Source: Phoronis australis (Eukaryota; Animalia; Phoronida). From it: a stretch of 64,000 bases of DNA. The notes below the pieces were generated by a model, which had not been told where the DNA came from, ran no database searches, and saw only the letters and a program-made list of their open reading frames with translations. Below are positions 1 through 11,724 of the stretch, piece by piece. The stretch covers positions 489,252 through 553,251 of the forward strand of contig NMRA01000010.1 of NCBI GenBank assembly GCA_002633005.1, given 5' to 3'. The number at the start of each line of letters is the position of its first letter. Within the stretch, counting starts at the first letter, position 1. Made by a program: the position numbers and the translations under genes.

Positions 1-281
1 AGACATTTGAATTTTGGTTCTCAGCAAGTGAGAAAGTAATTGCTATGTTTAATCTGGTAAGAAGGCTCCTATTATTTTAATACTGTTTAATTAGAGTTTA
101 TGATTTGTGCTTAACATGTTAATAAAACTGAATGTTTCATGCTTATACTTACTATCGTTATTAGTGCTGCTTAGCTATCTGTCGCGTCTTCAAGGAATAA
201 ACGTATACATGAAGCTAACGCAATGTTTTCTTTGCCTTCTCAAATACTGGTCATTTGACCAACAAATCCACAGCTTTTTAA

Positions 282-482
282 ATGTGTTACACCACCTTAT
301 GCCCCTCCTCACCAATTGTGTTACACCCCATTACGCCCCTCTTCATCACATGTGTCACCACATTATGCCCTTCCCACGTTGTGCCGCACCTTATTATGTC
401 CCCGCTCACAAGTTCTGTCACACCCCATTACATCCCCTCACAAGTTATGTCACACCCCCTTTACACCCCTCCTCACCAGTTT
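282..482 (-). repeat. Degenerate ~31-33-bp tandem repeat (about 6 copies) starting at a CFAP206 splice donor
   Basis: Minus-strand units resemble AACT(T/G)GTGAG(GA)GGGG-TGTAATGGGGTGTGACA. The first copy includes the real donor at 476. Confidence 0.8.
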
Positions 483-1215
483 AATGGCCTTCCGTCTTAG
501 TTCCCATTCATTCCACTCGTATGACTTGACAATGTTCGACTCCAGTATATGTGTGTCTGTCTGTGTTCCACTGTCACATTTGGTAACTGGTTTCTCTATC
601 ATTTTCCCTTGATCTTTTCCCTGTAACACAATTATCAAATAATCAAAAACAATCTTTCTCATTGGTAACACTTGATTTTGCACATTAAGAATCCATTCAA
701 TCATCACGTTTTTGTGACATAACAAAAAATTATTCAGCACTTTATGGCAAAATCTCACCAATTCCCGACAAAAATTGTTTCCAAAAGTGATATTTTTCTA
801 ATTTCTCCAAGGCTCAATACCCTTGTGAATATCTGGTCTCTCACAGGTTGTCTGATGTTACGTGTGACATAACAAAGAAATAAAATTTCACTCGTCCACC
901 ATATTATCTGCTCAATTGGTGAGATATTACCAGATATCAGTGGCGGCTTTAGAGGGGGGCTCGACATGGTATTAGTTTTTTTACTGCCAACAAAAACAGG
1001 CAAATGCAATTTGATTAAGGCCCCTCTTATTGATCACCAGTCAAACAATTTGCAAAATAGAAAGTTGTCTCTTCAAAAAACAAAACACTTTTACCTGACC
1101 TGTGAATTACATACACACACAAACTATTGCACAGTCATGCTTCAACCAACACTTCCACAACTCAGCTGGTTCATTAGAACACGAGTAACACAATTATGCT
1201 GAAACAATTCCTTTA

Positions 1216-1261
<46 letters not shown>

Positions 1262-4200
1262 AACACACAAACAAACACACAAACAAACACACAAACTATT
1301 GTACAGTCATGCTTCAATCAACACTTCCACTACTCAGCTGGTTCATTAGAGCCCAAGTAACACAATTATGCTGAAACAATTCCTACAAGCACAGTGTTTT
1401 TTTACCTGTGAGTAAGGTGTGATGGAGGCAAATTGTGAATGAAGCTCCAATAACTGTATGAGCTCTGGACTTCTCTTGGCAGCTTCAGCGACTTGTCGGA
1501 TGTAGGAGTCAGGGTTTTTAGCAAACTCGGCAGCGGCCTCTTTTGTTGAAAATGCGTAGTAATGTTCTTGGTAACGGAATACCCCTATGTCTGGGTTGGA
1601 TGGAATCAGTAACCTGTCGTATTTGACCAATGTCCATCCACAATAGCCCTGTTAACAAAACAATTCAATTTACTAACAAAAATATTAAAGAAATGCAAAG
1701 GAGATTTTCTGTCGCTTAAGGCCATCCACATGATTACATAACGTGAACCATATTGCAAATAACTTCTATGCTTAATATGTTTTATTCTATATAGAATTAT
1801 CTATCTAACTACTATAAAAAAACACGGTCATGGAGAGGACTATGTGAGCCCACACATAACGGTTCATCAATGAAAGTAGTTAAGAGGCAGCAGCAACAGG
1901 AGCAGCAATGTCGTGAATCTACTATAAAATAAGCCAAATAGTTGGGATTCTACTGAGAAACAAATCCACTAGTTATAAAACCAATGAGAAACTAGTCAAG
2001 TAGCAGTGATTGTACTGAGAAATAAGTCCAAGTAAATAGCAGACATACAAAATGGTTTCTGCAGCTGCAAACATTCTGATTGTTTGCTTCAATAAACACA
2101 TTTTATCATGAAGTTTACCAGATGGGTCCAATTTAATTTTTCTAACTGAACTGGTCTGCTGTGTAATGTGTAGTTTTAAATGATTCTTGACCAGCCAAAC
2201 TAAAACATCATACATGATACATACCTTATATTGAAGAGGAAGTCGGTTGAAATTTTTTGTTGTATCAGGGAAAAGCCACTCTGTTTTAGGGAAATCTGCA
2301 GGACGGATAACATCACTCTTTGTCTAAAAAACACCACAAATCTCTGAAAAATCTATCACAAACATGAAATAGATTAGTAATTCAAATAAAAAAATAAATT
2401 CATTGAAACAAATCTTTAATGGTGTTTTCGCTTTGTATATTTAAACAACAGCTAATTCATGATTTTTCTTTACACAATTTTTGAAATGTTTTTCATGAAG
2501 TTGGTGTTGACCTTTACCTCATTCAGTCTCTGTTCGTCTGATTTGACAGAAACACCATCCATGAATGGAGCCAATATTTCATCACTGAATAATTCTCTGT
2601 TGCCCTGAAAAGTAGACAACACTGCAAATGAAATACAAGGGATCAACGATACACTCTAGACAATTTCTAGACAATAACATTAATTGCTATGCTCACAATA
2701 TGGGCACAATAAAATGCAACTTTCAAACAATATTCAGTTAAGTATTGCTAAAATTTTACGCATAAACGTGGAGGTTAAGCCAGTGAATGAAACATTGGAA
2801 CCACTAAACATAATCATAAAAGATAAAAACTCAGATATTATGACAGTAAGGCCAAAATTCATCTTGTGTACTCTCACTACAATTGTTTCCATACTTCTAA
2901 AAATAGTAACAACTATTGTCTTAAATGCAGATTACTGTTGGATCCACTTCCATGGCTCCAAACAATCCGCATGACCAAGTCAAAATGTTAAAACTTAACT
3001 TAATAACATATACAGAGACTCCTACACGAGTCTCAGGTTTATGACACGGGCAAAACCTCTAGGAAATTTTAACACCCAAAAATGGCTTGGACTTTGCACA
3101 TCATCGCACTTTTGTCTTTACAGGGCATGTATCTCATTGACAGATATAGCAATTTCAAATCAGAACCTTTGGAAGCGGACTGTACAACATTCAAACAGCC
3201 ATTTATCACAGTAGATTTTTCAAACAATTGAGTCCCCTCACCCTAGTATATGGCTCCAGACTAGCCAGAATGTTGCTAAGGACACTTAGTAACACCATCT
3301 CATCTTGGAAGCCACTCCACAACTGGGACAGGTTGATGAACTGAGGCTGAAACAAATAATAGGTTCTTCAATGGGCATTTGAAATAAAGAGTGTACTTCA
3401 CATGAATTTCCATTGGGAGAAATATGTCTTCATTGACAATCCAAAACAAAGCTGTACTTATTCTATGCTCTTGTCAATAGGCCTAACAAAAGTGAAAGCT
3501 TCCACCAAAATAGAGCAAAGCAGTTAAAACATTTTCTTTCACAACAAATGTCTTCTATTTTTAAGGTTATGGAAGACTATATTTAGTTAAAAGCTATAGA
3601 TTTTAACAGATAGTAAATGCAAAAATTTTCTTAAAATATAAAGCCAAAGACTCCTTTCAAATATTAAAACGTTCCACTTTGGTCAATACCTACACTATAC
3701 ATATTCAAAGGCAATTGACATGGAATGGCATTTGCATTCAGCTTGTAATATTAGACAACTTACATAGACCTGGGCTGTGGGTACAGCTGTCTTGGACTGT
3801 ACTGTAGCCTGCAGCTGGTCCATTCTTTGTAACAACTGGGACTCTAACATCTCCACTTGCTGGGCACAGCTTATCACGTCATTCTGGAACAACATAAATA
3901 CATATGAGCATGGTTAAATACATTGCCTGTATCAAGTAAAGATTATTGCTGGCATTTCATCCACGGTATGAGTGGGACCATCTACATTTAGGGGTACCCT
4001 AGTATGGACTCCTGCTCGTTGCAATGCAAATCATGCAGAGATAAGTTATGTGATTTTAAAATTATTGCACAACATTGATTTCAGGAAGTGATGAACCCTG
4101 TGTCATTTGTGATAATTGACATATGAAACTAAGAAGCTTAAACCATCAATAAAAGTGTTTTGATGGTCAAAATGGGCCCGTGTTAACCAAAAGTACGACA

Positions 4201-7200
4201 GTACCTTTCTTTAAAGTCCTGGAAAATTTCTCCAGGCAGGAGGGCAAGAATGTAAATGGGACAAACAGAATTGAACTGAACTGACTGACTGTCCTAAAGT
4301 TAAATCTGTAGACCTAATCAGAAACCTGATGAAATATAATAGTTTCAACAATGCCAAAATTAAACATCTGATAACTTCCCAAGTTCTACCAGACATGTAT
4401 AATATCTCAAATTCCTACATTTTCTGAATGTTGGTTGTGTAAAAGTACAGTTCATGAATATTTTGTCAAACTGTCAGCATCGAATCACCACCTGGATGTC
4501 TGTTGGACTGCAAGAGGTGAGGGTAGTCATCCATCACTACCTCCAGCCACTCTCTGGACACCAGGGCATCGCATTTTCGAAAAAATATTCCTGACCTCTG
4601 TTACTATACTCCACTCCTTATGGAGGTTAAACCAATCATCTTTGATCTGACAAAACTAGCACTGATTCAGTTCATACCAGTATTACTCGCAAGAATGACT
4701 CATGTTGACGTGAGTTGATCAGCGCCTCCTTGAGGAGAGGAATAGAAGGACCTTCTTCAGCATCCCTGGCTGAAATTAACTTCTCCAGAAGGGCTGAAAC
4801 ATAATAAATTGTAAAATTTAAAGAAAAATCTCATCTACACAATTCGCTATATTTAGTATTTGTCCAGACAGAATAAGTTGGCTTGACAACCAGTTCTCTC
4901 CAACTCCAGAAACAACTTTGAATTTGAGTAAAGACAAGCCAAGACCAGTGTTAATAGCAGTTCGCAGTCTAAATAAAAGTTTATACTTTTGATAGAAAAT
5001 CTGCATATGCACTGTAAACACCTCATTTCAAATAGCTCAACACATTCTTGTATTTGCTTTCTATAAAAGACTGAGCCATTAAAAAAAATTTATCTCAAGT
5101 TCCTAACCACTGCCTTAGTAATCAAACACTAATACCCTTATATTCTATTTCAAAGAAAAAATGTTTTACTCATTAAAAATGACTTGTTACTCGCCAAAAG
5201 TGATAAGCTACTGACACGCTTGCAGAAACCAACTGGAAAATGTAAACTGCAGGTTGTGTATACCCTACAGAAGGATGTTCATGACTTTACACTAAAAACT
5301 CACCCGTATATTTGAAGGAAGTGGACAGTGTGTTCTGTATTTCAGCATCAACATTTTGTGTTGTGGCTGGGACAGCTTCATTCAAAATGGCCGGTACTGA
5401 AAAGAAAAACCGAACTTCACATAACACCGTGGTAATAGATCGAGAAATGAGGCACTCCAAGTGACAAGGTAATTCTTCACTCATTTTGCACAAAAATAAT
5501 TGCCAAAATTATCATTTTACATTTTTCAATGACCGATTACTTTGCTGCAAATGATGGAAGCTCTATCAAGAAAATTTTTGTGTCATCAACACATTACAAA
5601 CCAAGGTAATGAAAGATTACGATTTTTTCAAAATCTTTGTTTTTGAGAAAAATTTTAACAAAATGAAATTTTATTATCCACCACATTGTGCACTAAACAT
5701 GTGAATTACTATTACATAAGATAAAACCTCACAACAATTTATTTAATTCAAATACAGAACTGGACATTTGTCTTTAGAAATTCAACGTTTCATAAGCAAA
5801 ATTCTACAAAGTAATTGCATTATCAGGAGAATTACGACATTTAGTGAAAATCATTCCTTGGAGGCTGGGGTAAAAATTTCTAATCTATCACACGCAGAAC
5901 TCACAGTCATCAATGCCCTCTCCTCCTTTGCCGCATTCCTTGTTAAACAGTCGTATTCCTGTGACAATCATTGTCAGCTCTTGGAGTTGTCTCTCCTTGT
6001 CTTTCTTGGTCAGTGACATGAACGTGCCCAGCTCTGTCTGAGGGAAGACACTTTGAAGAGCAGCTAGAAAAGAATAATCAACTAAAAATCATGTGATATA
6101 AGGACCGATATTACGCAACAACAGTCAAGTGATAACCTTCCTAATAACAACGGTCACATGTGAGAACTAAAGCTCCGCGTCATAGGAATATAAATGTTGA
6201 ACATGTATGGAATAAGTTACTTTGAGACTTCCAGAACATACTACAAGAAATAAATAGGGTGAGCATGGTTAAATATACTATCACTCGTATTTTTGAGAGG
6301 ACATCTTTGCCTGTGTCGAGTACTGTTGAAGCTAAAATGTTAGAAAACTATGCATTTATATTTTTAGCAAACATCACATCAAAACCATTGGATTTCCACT
6401 TCTATAAAATCCAAGCTCCATTAGCAAATAAGTGTTGCACACAGTTGGCAGTACCTGTAGCCTCCCTGACCACTGCTATATCTGTTGGACTCCCCAGGCC
6501 AGACCTCAGCAGTACCGTTGACACAATCTTCCTGTACAGACTCTCTAACTCTTCACGCGTCCTTGCTCTGCTGTCCGTTATCTCACGGATGACAGGCTGC
6601 AGGCGAGACTCTAACACACGTCTGTGCTCTTCAAGGAACTCACCTGGAACAACACAAAAGTACTGATATCAACTCAGTAATGACATCCAAAGCCAGAATC
6701 TGGTGATATGATAACAAAATAGTTGAAACTAGTATTTACTAGGTGAAATCGTCCTCTAAATAATAAAATGAACATATACAAAGTCAAACATATCTAATGT
6801 ACTGCAACAGAGGAATACTAAGGTGTTGTGTTGCCTTATGAAGTATCAGATTAAAGCAACAATGCACAGAATAAATGACACCAACTATCAAGGAAACTTA
6901 TGGTTATGTCTAACTCTTGAATAATGTTGAAATTTGGCTAACTTTGCAACATCATATCTCAAAAATGACATTTTCGAACATTATGATTTATTCTCTGTCT
7001 TCCGAAACACTGTTAGGAATTCTTTTAGAGTGTTTTACTTTTGCATGAGATATGATATTGAGAATTGGGGTTCTTAATATGATTTTATGAAAAAATCTAA
7101 AAGTTGCATAAAACAAAAATAGATGATATGAATAACTGTAACAGGGTTTTTGGGGTTTCATTGGAAAATTTATTATATCGTGTTCTTGATATGCTTTGCT

Positions 7201-8946
7201 TACCATGAACACACCTTTTTGCACAATTGTACCAAAAACACATGATCACATGACCCAATCCCTGGCAGATTGAAAATATAATACTTTAGTTGAGGTAGTC
7301 TTGTATTTTGAACAAATTTTGCTAAATGCGGTTACACATAACCTTAAACAAAGCTTCAAAGGGGCTTACTTCTGGTGGTGTAATTCATGTCAAAATACAC
7401 CTGCATCTTAACCGTGTCTAATGATGGTGACTGGGTATCCATGAGCCGCTCCACACAAATCTACAACATAAATATGTGATAGCATATTTACTCACACAAA
7501 CTGCAGATAAAAGAATTCAAGAACAGTAAGTATCTACCTAGCATGAGCGTGTACAACCCATGACAAAGGAAAAGTATTACCAAATTGATCTAAAAGTAAA
7601 TAAAAATGTTTTTGGTTAGAAACTTCAGAGATTTTCAACAATTGTATGAATGTAAGATAACACATTCACATTAATGGCTGTTGAAGTTGCAATTATCCCT
7701 GTTTAGCTGGCTAAAAATATTAGATTAGGCATTTTACTCTCATAAAATCAGTCTAATGATACTTTTTTTTGTGATGGAGTCCATTTCCTTTACCATTAAG
7801 ACCATTGGATCAATCAGGGGCTAAAGGAAATGCATCAGAGTTTATAGGAGTTGGCCAATCATAACATTGCACATTTCAAAGTGGCACATATACACATTGC
7901 CTGAGTCTTGAGTTGTAACCAGAAATGGAATCCTAACACAGCAAAGAATATTATGACACTGATTTTATGAAAGTAAAAGTAATAAGTTGATTTTAGTTTT
8001 TATCCAGCTAAATAGGGCTCAGTGCTGCATTACGCAGCAATCTATGCTTATTTACTGATAACCAGTAGGCCAACATGTAAAAACCCAAAGCCAGAGTAAG
8101 ATTTTGTAAATTAATTTAGACAACAATTTTCAACAGATGCAATATATTCCTAAAAAATACACAATCTTTCACACATGTATAAAAATCTGTCATAATATAC
8201 AAACTCGCAGTATGAAATTCTACAATAACATATGCATGGTAGAAGGATGTCAATTCAGTTCAAAACATGGCGAGCATTTGCCATTTCATTTTTTCATTTT
8301 CCTCATAAAAGATAAGAAGGTCAAAATTAGTAGCTATGTTTTGAGGAATTTTGGGTATTCATTGCAGTGTTCGAAGCCTTTGAAAATTAGTGAAAAGAGA
8401 TTAACTATTTTTGTTTGAATACGATTTTATGCAAATAAAAAACCAACCCTTATTAGTTTCTGTACATCATCTTTAGTCAGTGTTCTGTCCACATTAAATT
8501 CATTGGTTGGATCCAGCACAACAGCTTTAACCTGGAAAAAAACAGGACAGAATATAACATTCTAAATCAACATTGTTGTTTTGTTATGAACAATTAACTT
8601 AAGACAGCTATATATGTACAATGAACTTTCTCTTCTTAGAAACAGCTATCAACTGCTATGGAACAATTCCAGTGAACTTGAAATGCGCAAGCCATGACAT
8701 CCAGCCCTTGTAACTGGTGATGGGGCATGATTAAATGAAATTTATCATATCTGCAAATATATGGTGGGCTCAAGACTTCCAGACAAATCCCTGGAACAGT
8801 GAAATTGATCAAGTCATCCTGAAAGAAGCACAACTCACCATAAAAGCCACCAGGGTCTCTGACACAGCTTGTCCTTTGCTTGCACACTCTGCAGCAATCT
8901 CACGGATTATGTTCTTAATCACACTCTCAGCTTGAGCTCGCGACAT
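477..8946 (-). CDS. CFAP206: Cilia- and flagella-associated protein 206 (C6orf165/FAP206), 3'-partial, 13 coding exons in window
   Basis: Coding exons (minus): 8946-8839, 8531-8448, 7460-7370, 6643-6455, 6063-5905, 5396-5304, 4793-4678, 3883-3764, 3346-3242, 2604-2518, 2323-2225, 1648-1406, 620-477. All are GT-AG with matching phases (546 codons). The translation MSRAQAESVIKNIIREIAAEC..VSETLVAFMVKAVVLDP..SLDTVKMQVYFDMNY..LRSGLGSPTD..GIRLFNKECGKGGEGIDD..YEWNEWELRRKAIKL matches CFAP206 as recalled. An acceptor at 8956-8957 implies an upstream non-coding exon. The last exons lie left of the window. Confidence 0.95.
1088..1412. repeat. ~105-bp tandem duplication flanking a (CA)n/(CAAA)n microsatellite (about 1218-1295)
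   Basis: cacacaaactattg(c/t)acagtcatgcttcaa...gctgaaacaattcct occurs at about 1116-1220 and about 1288-1392. Confidence 0.9.
6898..7347. mobile_element. Non-autonomous DNA transposon (MITE), TTAA-flanked, Kolobok/piggyBac-like
   Basis: Left end ttat-GGTTATGTCTAAC; the reverse complement of the right end is ttaa-GGTTATGTGTAAC. The interior is AT-rich and non-coding. Confidence 0.55.
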
Positions 8947-10165
8947 CTTGGCAACCTGAATACCAAAGAAACAAAATGTGAAATTTCAAGGTCCATCTAT
9001 CTGAGATTAAAACAGTTTTAATTGCATTATGACGTTAGTCTTCATACAGGTGCGGGCAAGGAAACAGTCTGACTAAGTGGCTTTCACCTCATCAGAATAT
9101 ATTTTTACACTTGAAATTGTCTTTTAAAAACGTTTGCTTTCTTCAGCGATCCTTCCTGGTTCTATACCTATGCTCAATGAGGCATTGAAATAAATTAAAA
9201 TGCCTTTGGCGAAGAATTCCAACTCCACTTTTTTGTTCACCGTTAACTTTTGCACCGTGCGCGATAACCACAGAGAATTTAAATTGACGTCATGCAAGTT
9301 AGACAACAACCAGTGCAACATTGAGTGAAGCGCATGACCTGGTAGATGGCATTTGGAAAAAGTAGCACGAGATGTCCAGTCAAATTTGTAAGATTTGTGT
9401 CCCATGGACTTTTTTCGTCAACACAGGCAGTACTACGGTACTGCCACTTCACATTAACCCGAGCGAGCAGTGTTGTAAATATCCAGTTCTGGTTGTGACA
9501 TAAAGTCATATAAAGCCTCTATAAATTGTTTGCCAAATGATTTAGCCTTATAGCCAAACAGTTTGAACGTTCGACTCTCACGCTGCAACGGGTGTTCGCA
9601 TTACAGCGTTCTCCCGTTCAGTGATTTTAACTGCAGACGTAGAGGGTTGTGAGCGTGTGATAACATCTGTCTCCTTTGTTAACTGCCAAGCAGTCTTTTG
9701 TCTAGTTTAAATATGTTATAACTTAACTTTTATTTTTAACAGCACAGCCCAGGCAGGCTAGATAGGATCTGATCGGAGATTAAAGCAATTAATTATCGAA
9801 CAAAAGAGAGTTGGCCCTCCAACCATAAATGCCAGAATGGAGTTAATCAGCCGTGTAAGATATTGGCTACAGGAGTCATCTTCTTGAACTACAGCATCGA
9901 ACAAGTTGGGGTCAACGGGAAAACGCCTAATGCCCTAATGGCTACCTGTCGTCGGCATGTGATATGGCTAATTCATCGGCAGGTAGTGAAAATTTTGTCT
10001 GCTGCAGCTTTACTGTAGAACCATGGACAATAACAAAGAGGGTCAAGAGTATAGTTTATGTACAGCAATTAAGCAGGTGACAATTTTGTATACGCAGCAT
10101 ATTTACCGTTCAGTAATTCTGTATAGCACTGAACTGTCAACCAACTTTCTTTGTGAGAAAGTATC

Positions 10166-10205
10166 GTCCACCTTGGAAACCAATCAACTTTTGACGTCAC
10201 TTCCT
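10166..10205. promoter_or_regulatory. Candidate bidirectional promoter core between CFAP206 and SUV3
   Basis: Clustered motifs: X-box-like GTCCACCTTGGAAAC (10166-10180), CCAAT (10180-10184), palindromic CRE TGACGTCA (10192-10199), ETS CACTTCCT (10198-10205). The cluster lies between two divergent genes that both have non-coding first exons. A second CRE is at 9285-9292. Confidence 0.5.
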
Positions 10206-10399
10206 TGTGCCAGGAAAGCTAAGAATCGAAAAATTTGTTACACTCAAATAAACTCATTGGAGCAATCAATAGCTTTATACTTTTAATATACTCAAAATTT
10301 TGAATTTTTTGACGAAATTAGACGTAAACAGATAATTAGTCGAACGAAACTGAATAGTACTTCCGTGTGCAATGATAATAGTAACGTTGACAAGATTTC

Positions 10400-10420
10400 G
10401 TGTGTGTGTGTGTGTGTGTG
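10400..10420. repeat. (GT)n microsatellite
   Basis: Direct reading. Confidence 0.9.
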
Positions 10421-10597
10421 CGGAGCTCAGCCTTACTCCTCAGGGTCTTCTACTTGGCAATGATATAAAATCACCAGATAACCGCTTGGTCATGTCTCGC
10501 CGATGACTTTCTGTTGCGATATATCAGGTCTCAGGTTTTCTGTTGTCGTATAAGGCGCTGTCTTGTGGACTTAAGACTCTTAAGAGCTTGCAAGTCT

Positions 10598-10700
10598 GAC
10601 TTGGGCTTAGCCTTAGCTCCTTGACCTGTCCTTGCTTGCCCTTGCCAAGGCAAGGCCAAGGGCCTTGGCCTTGGGCTTGGGCTTGGCGCTTGGCCCTGTC
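10598..10700. repeat. GC-rich degenerate hexamer repeat (GGCCTT/GGCTTG) with internal palindromes
   Basis: cttgggcttagccttagctccttg...ccttgccaaggcaaggccaagggccttggccttgggcttgggcttggcgcttggccc. Confidence 0.7.
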
Positions 10701-11724
10701 ATTGGATCACGGGCTCAGCCGTTCGATGTTATACTTTTGAATGTTTTCCTACACATTTCCACCATCTGAATTGGGCCTAGTTGAAATTGCGGTTATCCCA
10801 CAGAAATGTCATGTGCCAAGCTTTTCGGTGAATTATGCCTCACATTAATTAAATCATCTAAGTCATGTTACGCATAGAGGGACATCTTCTTAAACCTTTC
10901 ATGTCTTTAACTCTTCCCAGCACCAACAAATAATCCGGCAATTAAACCTTTTTTCTGGTCATTTTTACACTGGTCATGCCATGGAGCCATATTTATGGAC
11001 CGTCGGAGGCAAACACCCTTACTAATTGTCAGGCCCATAGCCATAGGGCTTCAGAGTTGTTCGGGCTTGTGAACCTTCAGACTTATGGGCCTTATAGCCC
11101 TAATTTCTTCTGCAAGTTTTCCAATGTCTGTGCCCCTCACTCAAGAGATGGTTCAACTGCTTGGCACAACTCATTCTTATAGATGGGAGTGAATTATTAC
11201 ATCTGTATCACTTGTCCATAGCTTACATCTGTTGCTGTGTGTTTTCCAATTGAATTAAAGTCACAGGTATCCCAGTTTCGGATTTTTGGCACTGATCAAA
11301 GGGTTTGGCGCTTTGATCTAGAATATCAGAGGTGTTTTATATTTATAAGCCAGCCATGTCCAACATTCAAGTACTTGACTTTGATGGATACTTGGTTGAG
11401 CCTTAGGTTAAATACCCCAGATTGAGTTTAGCCGAGTCAATCCCAGGGCCCTTGGCTCAGGAATTACTACATCAGTGCAGTGGTCTTAAGCCATGAGTGG
11501 ACAAAGATCAATTGTGCAGAAGCAAAGGAATATTTTAAGATGTGTTTTGTCACAAAACTAGGCCCTGTTTTACTTAGCTATTGTCAGCAACTTTGTGTCT
11601 GATTGTTGATGAGTATTTTTGAGTGCAGTGCCCCAACATCCCAACTTTGACTGCTGTGTCAAACATTTCCTTGTGTTTTATATTTCAGGATTAAACTGCA
11701 TACTGCAGTTAAAAGTTTTTCAAA

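Noticed and set aside
107-612. His/Pro-rich plus-strand ORFs
   Set aside because: Antisense translations of the intronic tandem repeat and a CFAP206 exon.
9066-9100. CTGATGAGGTGAAA on the minus strand as a hammerhead
   Set aside because: Stem II cannot form and stems I and III do not pair.
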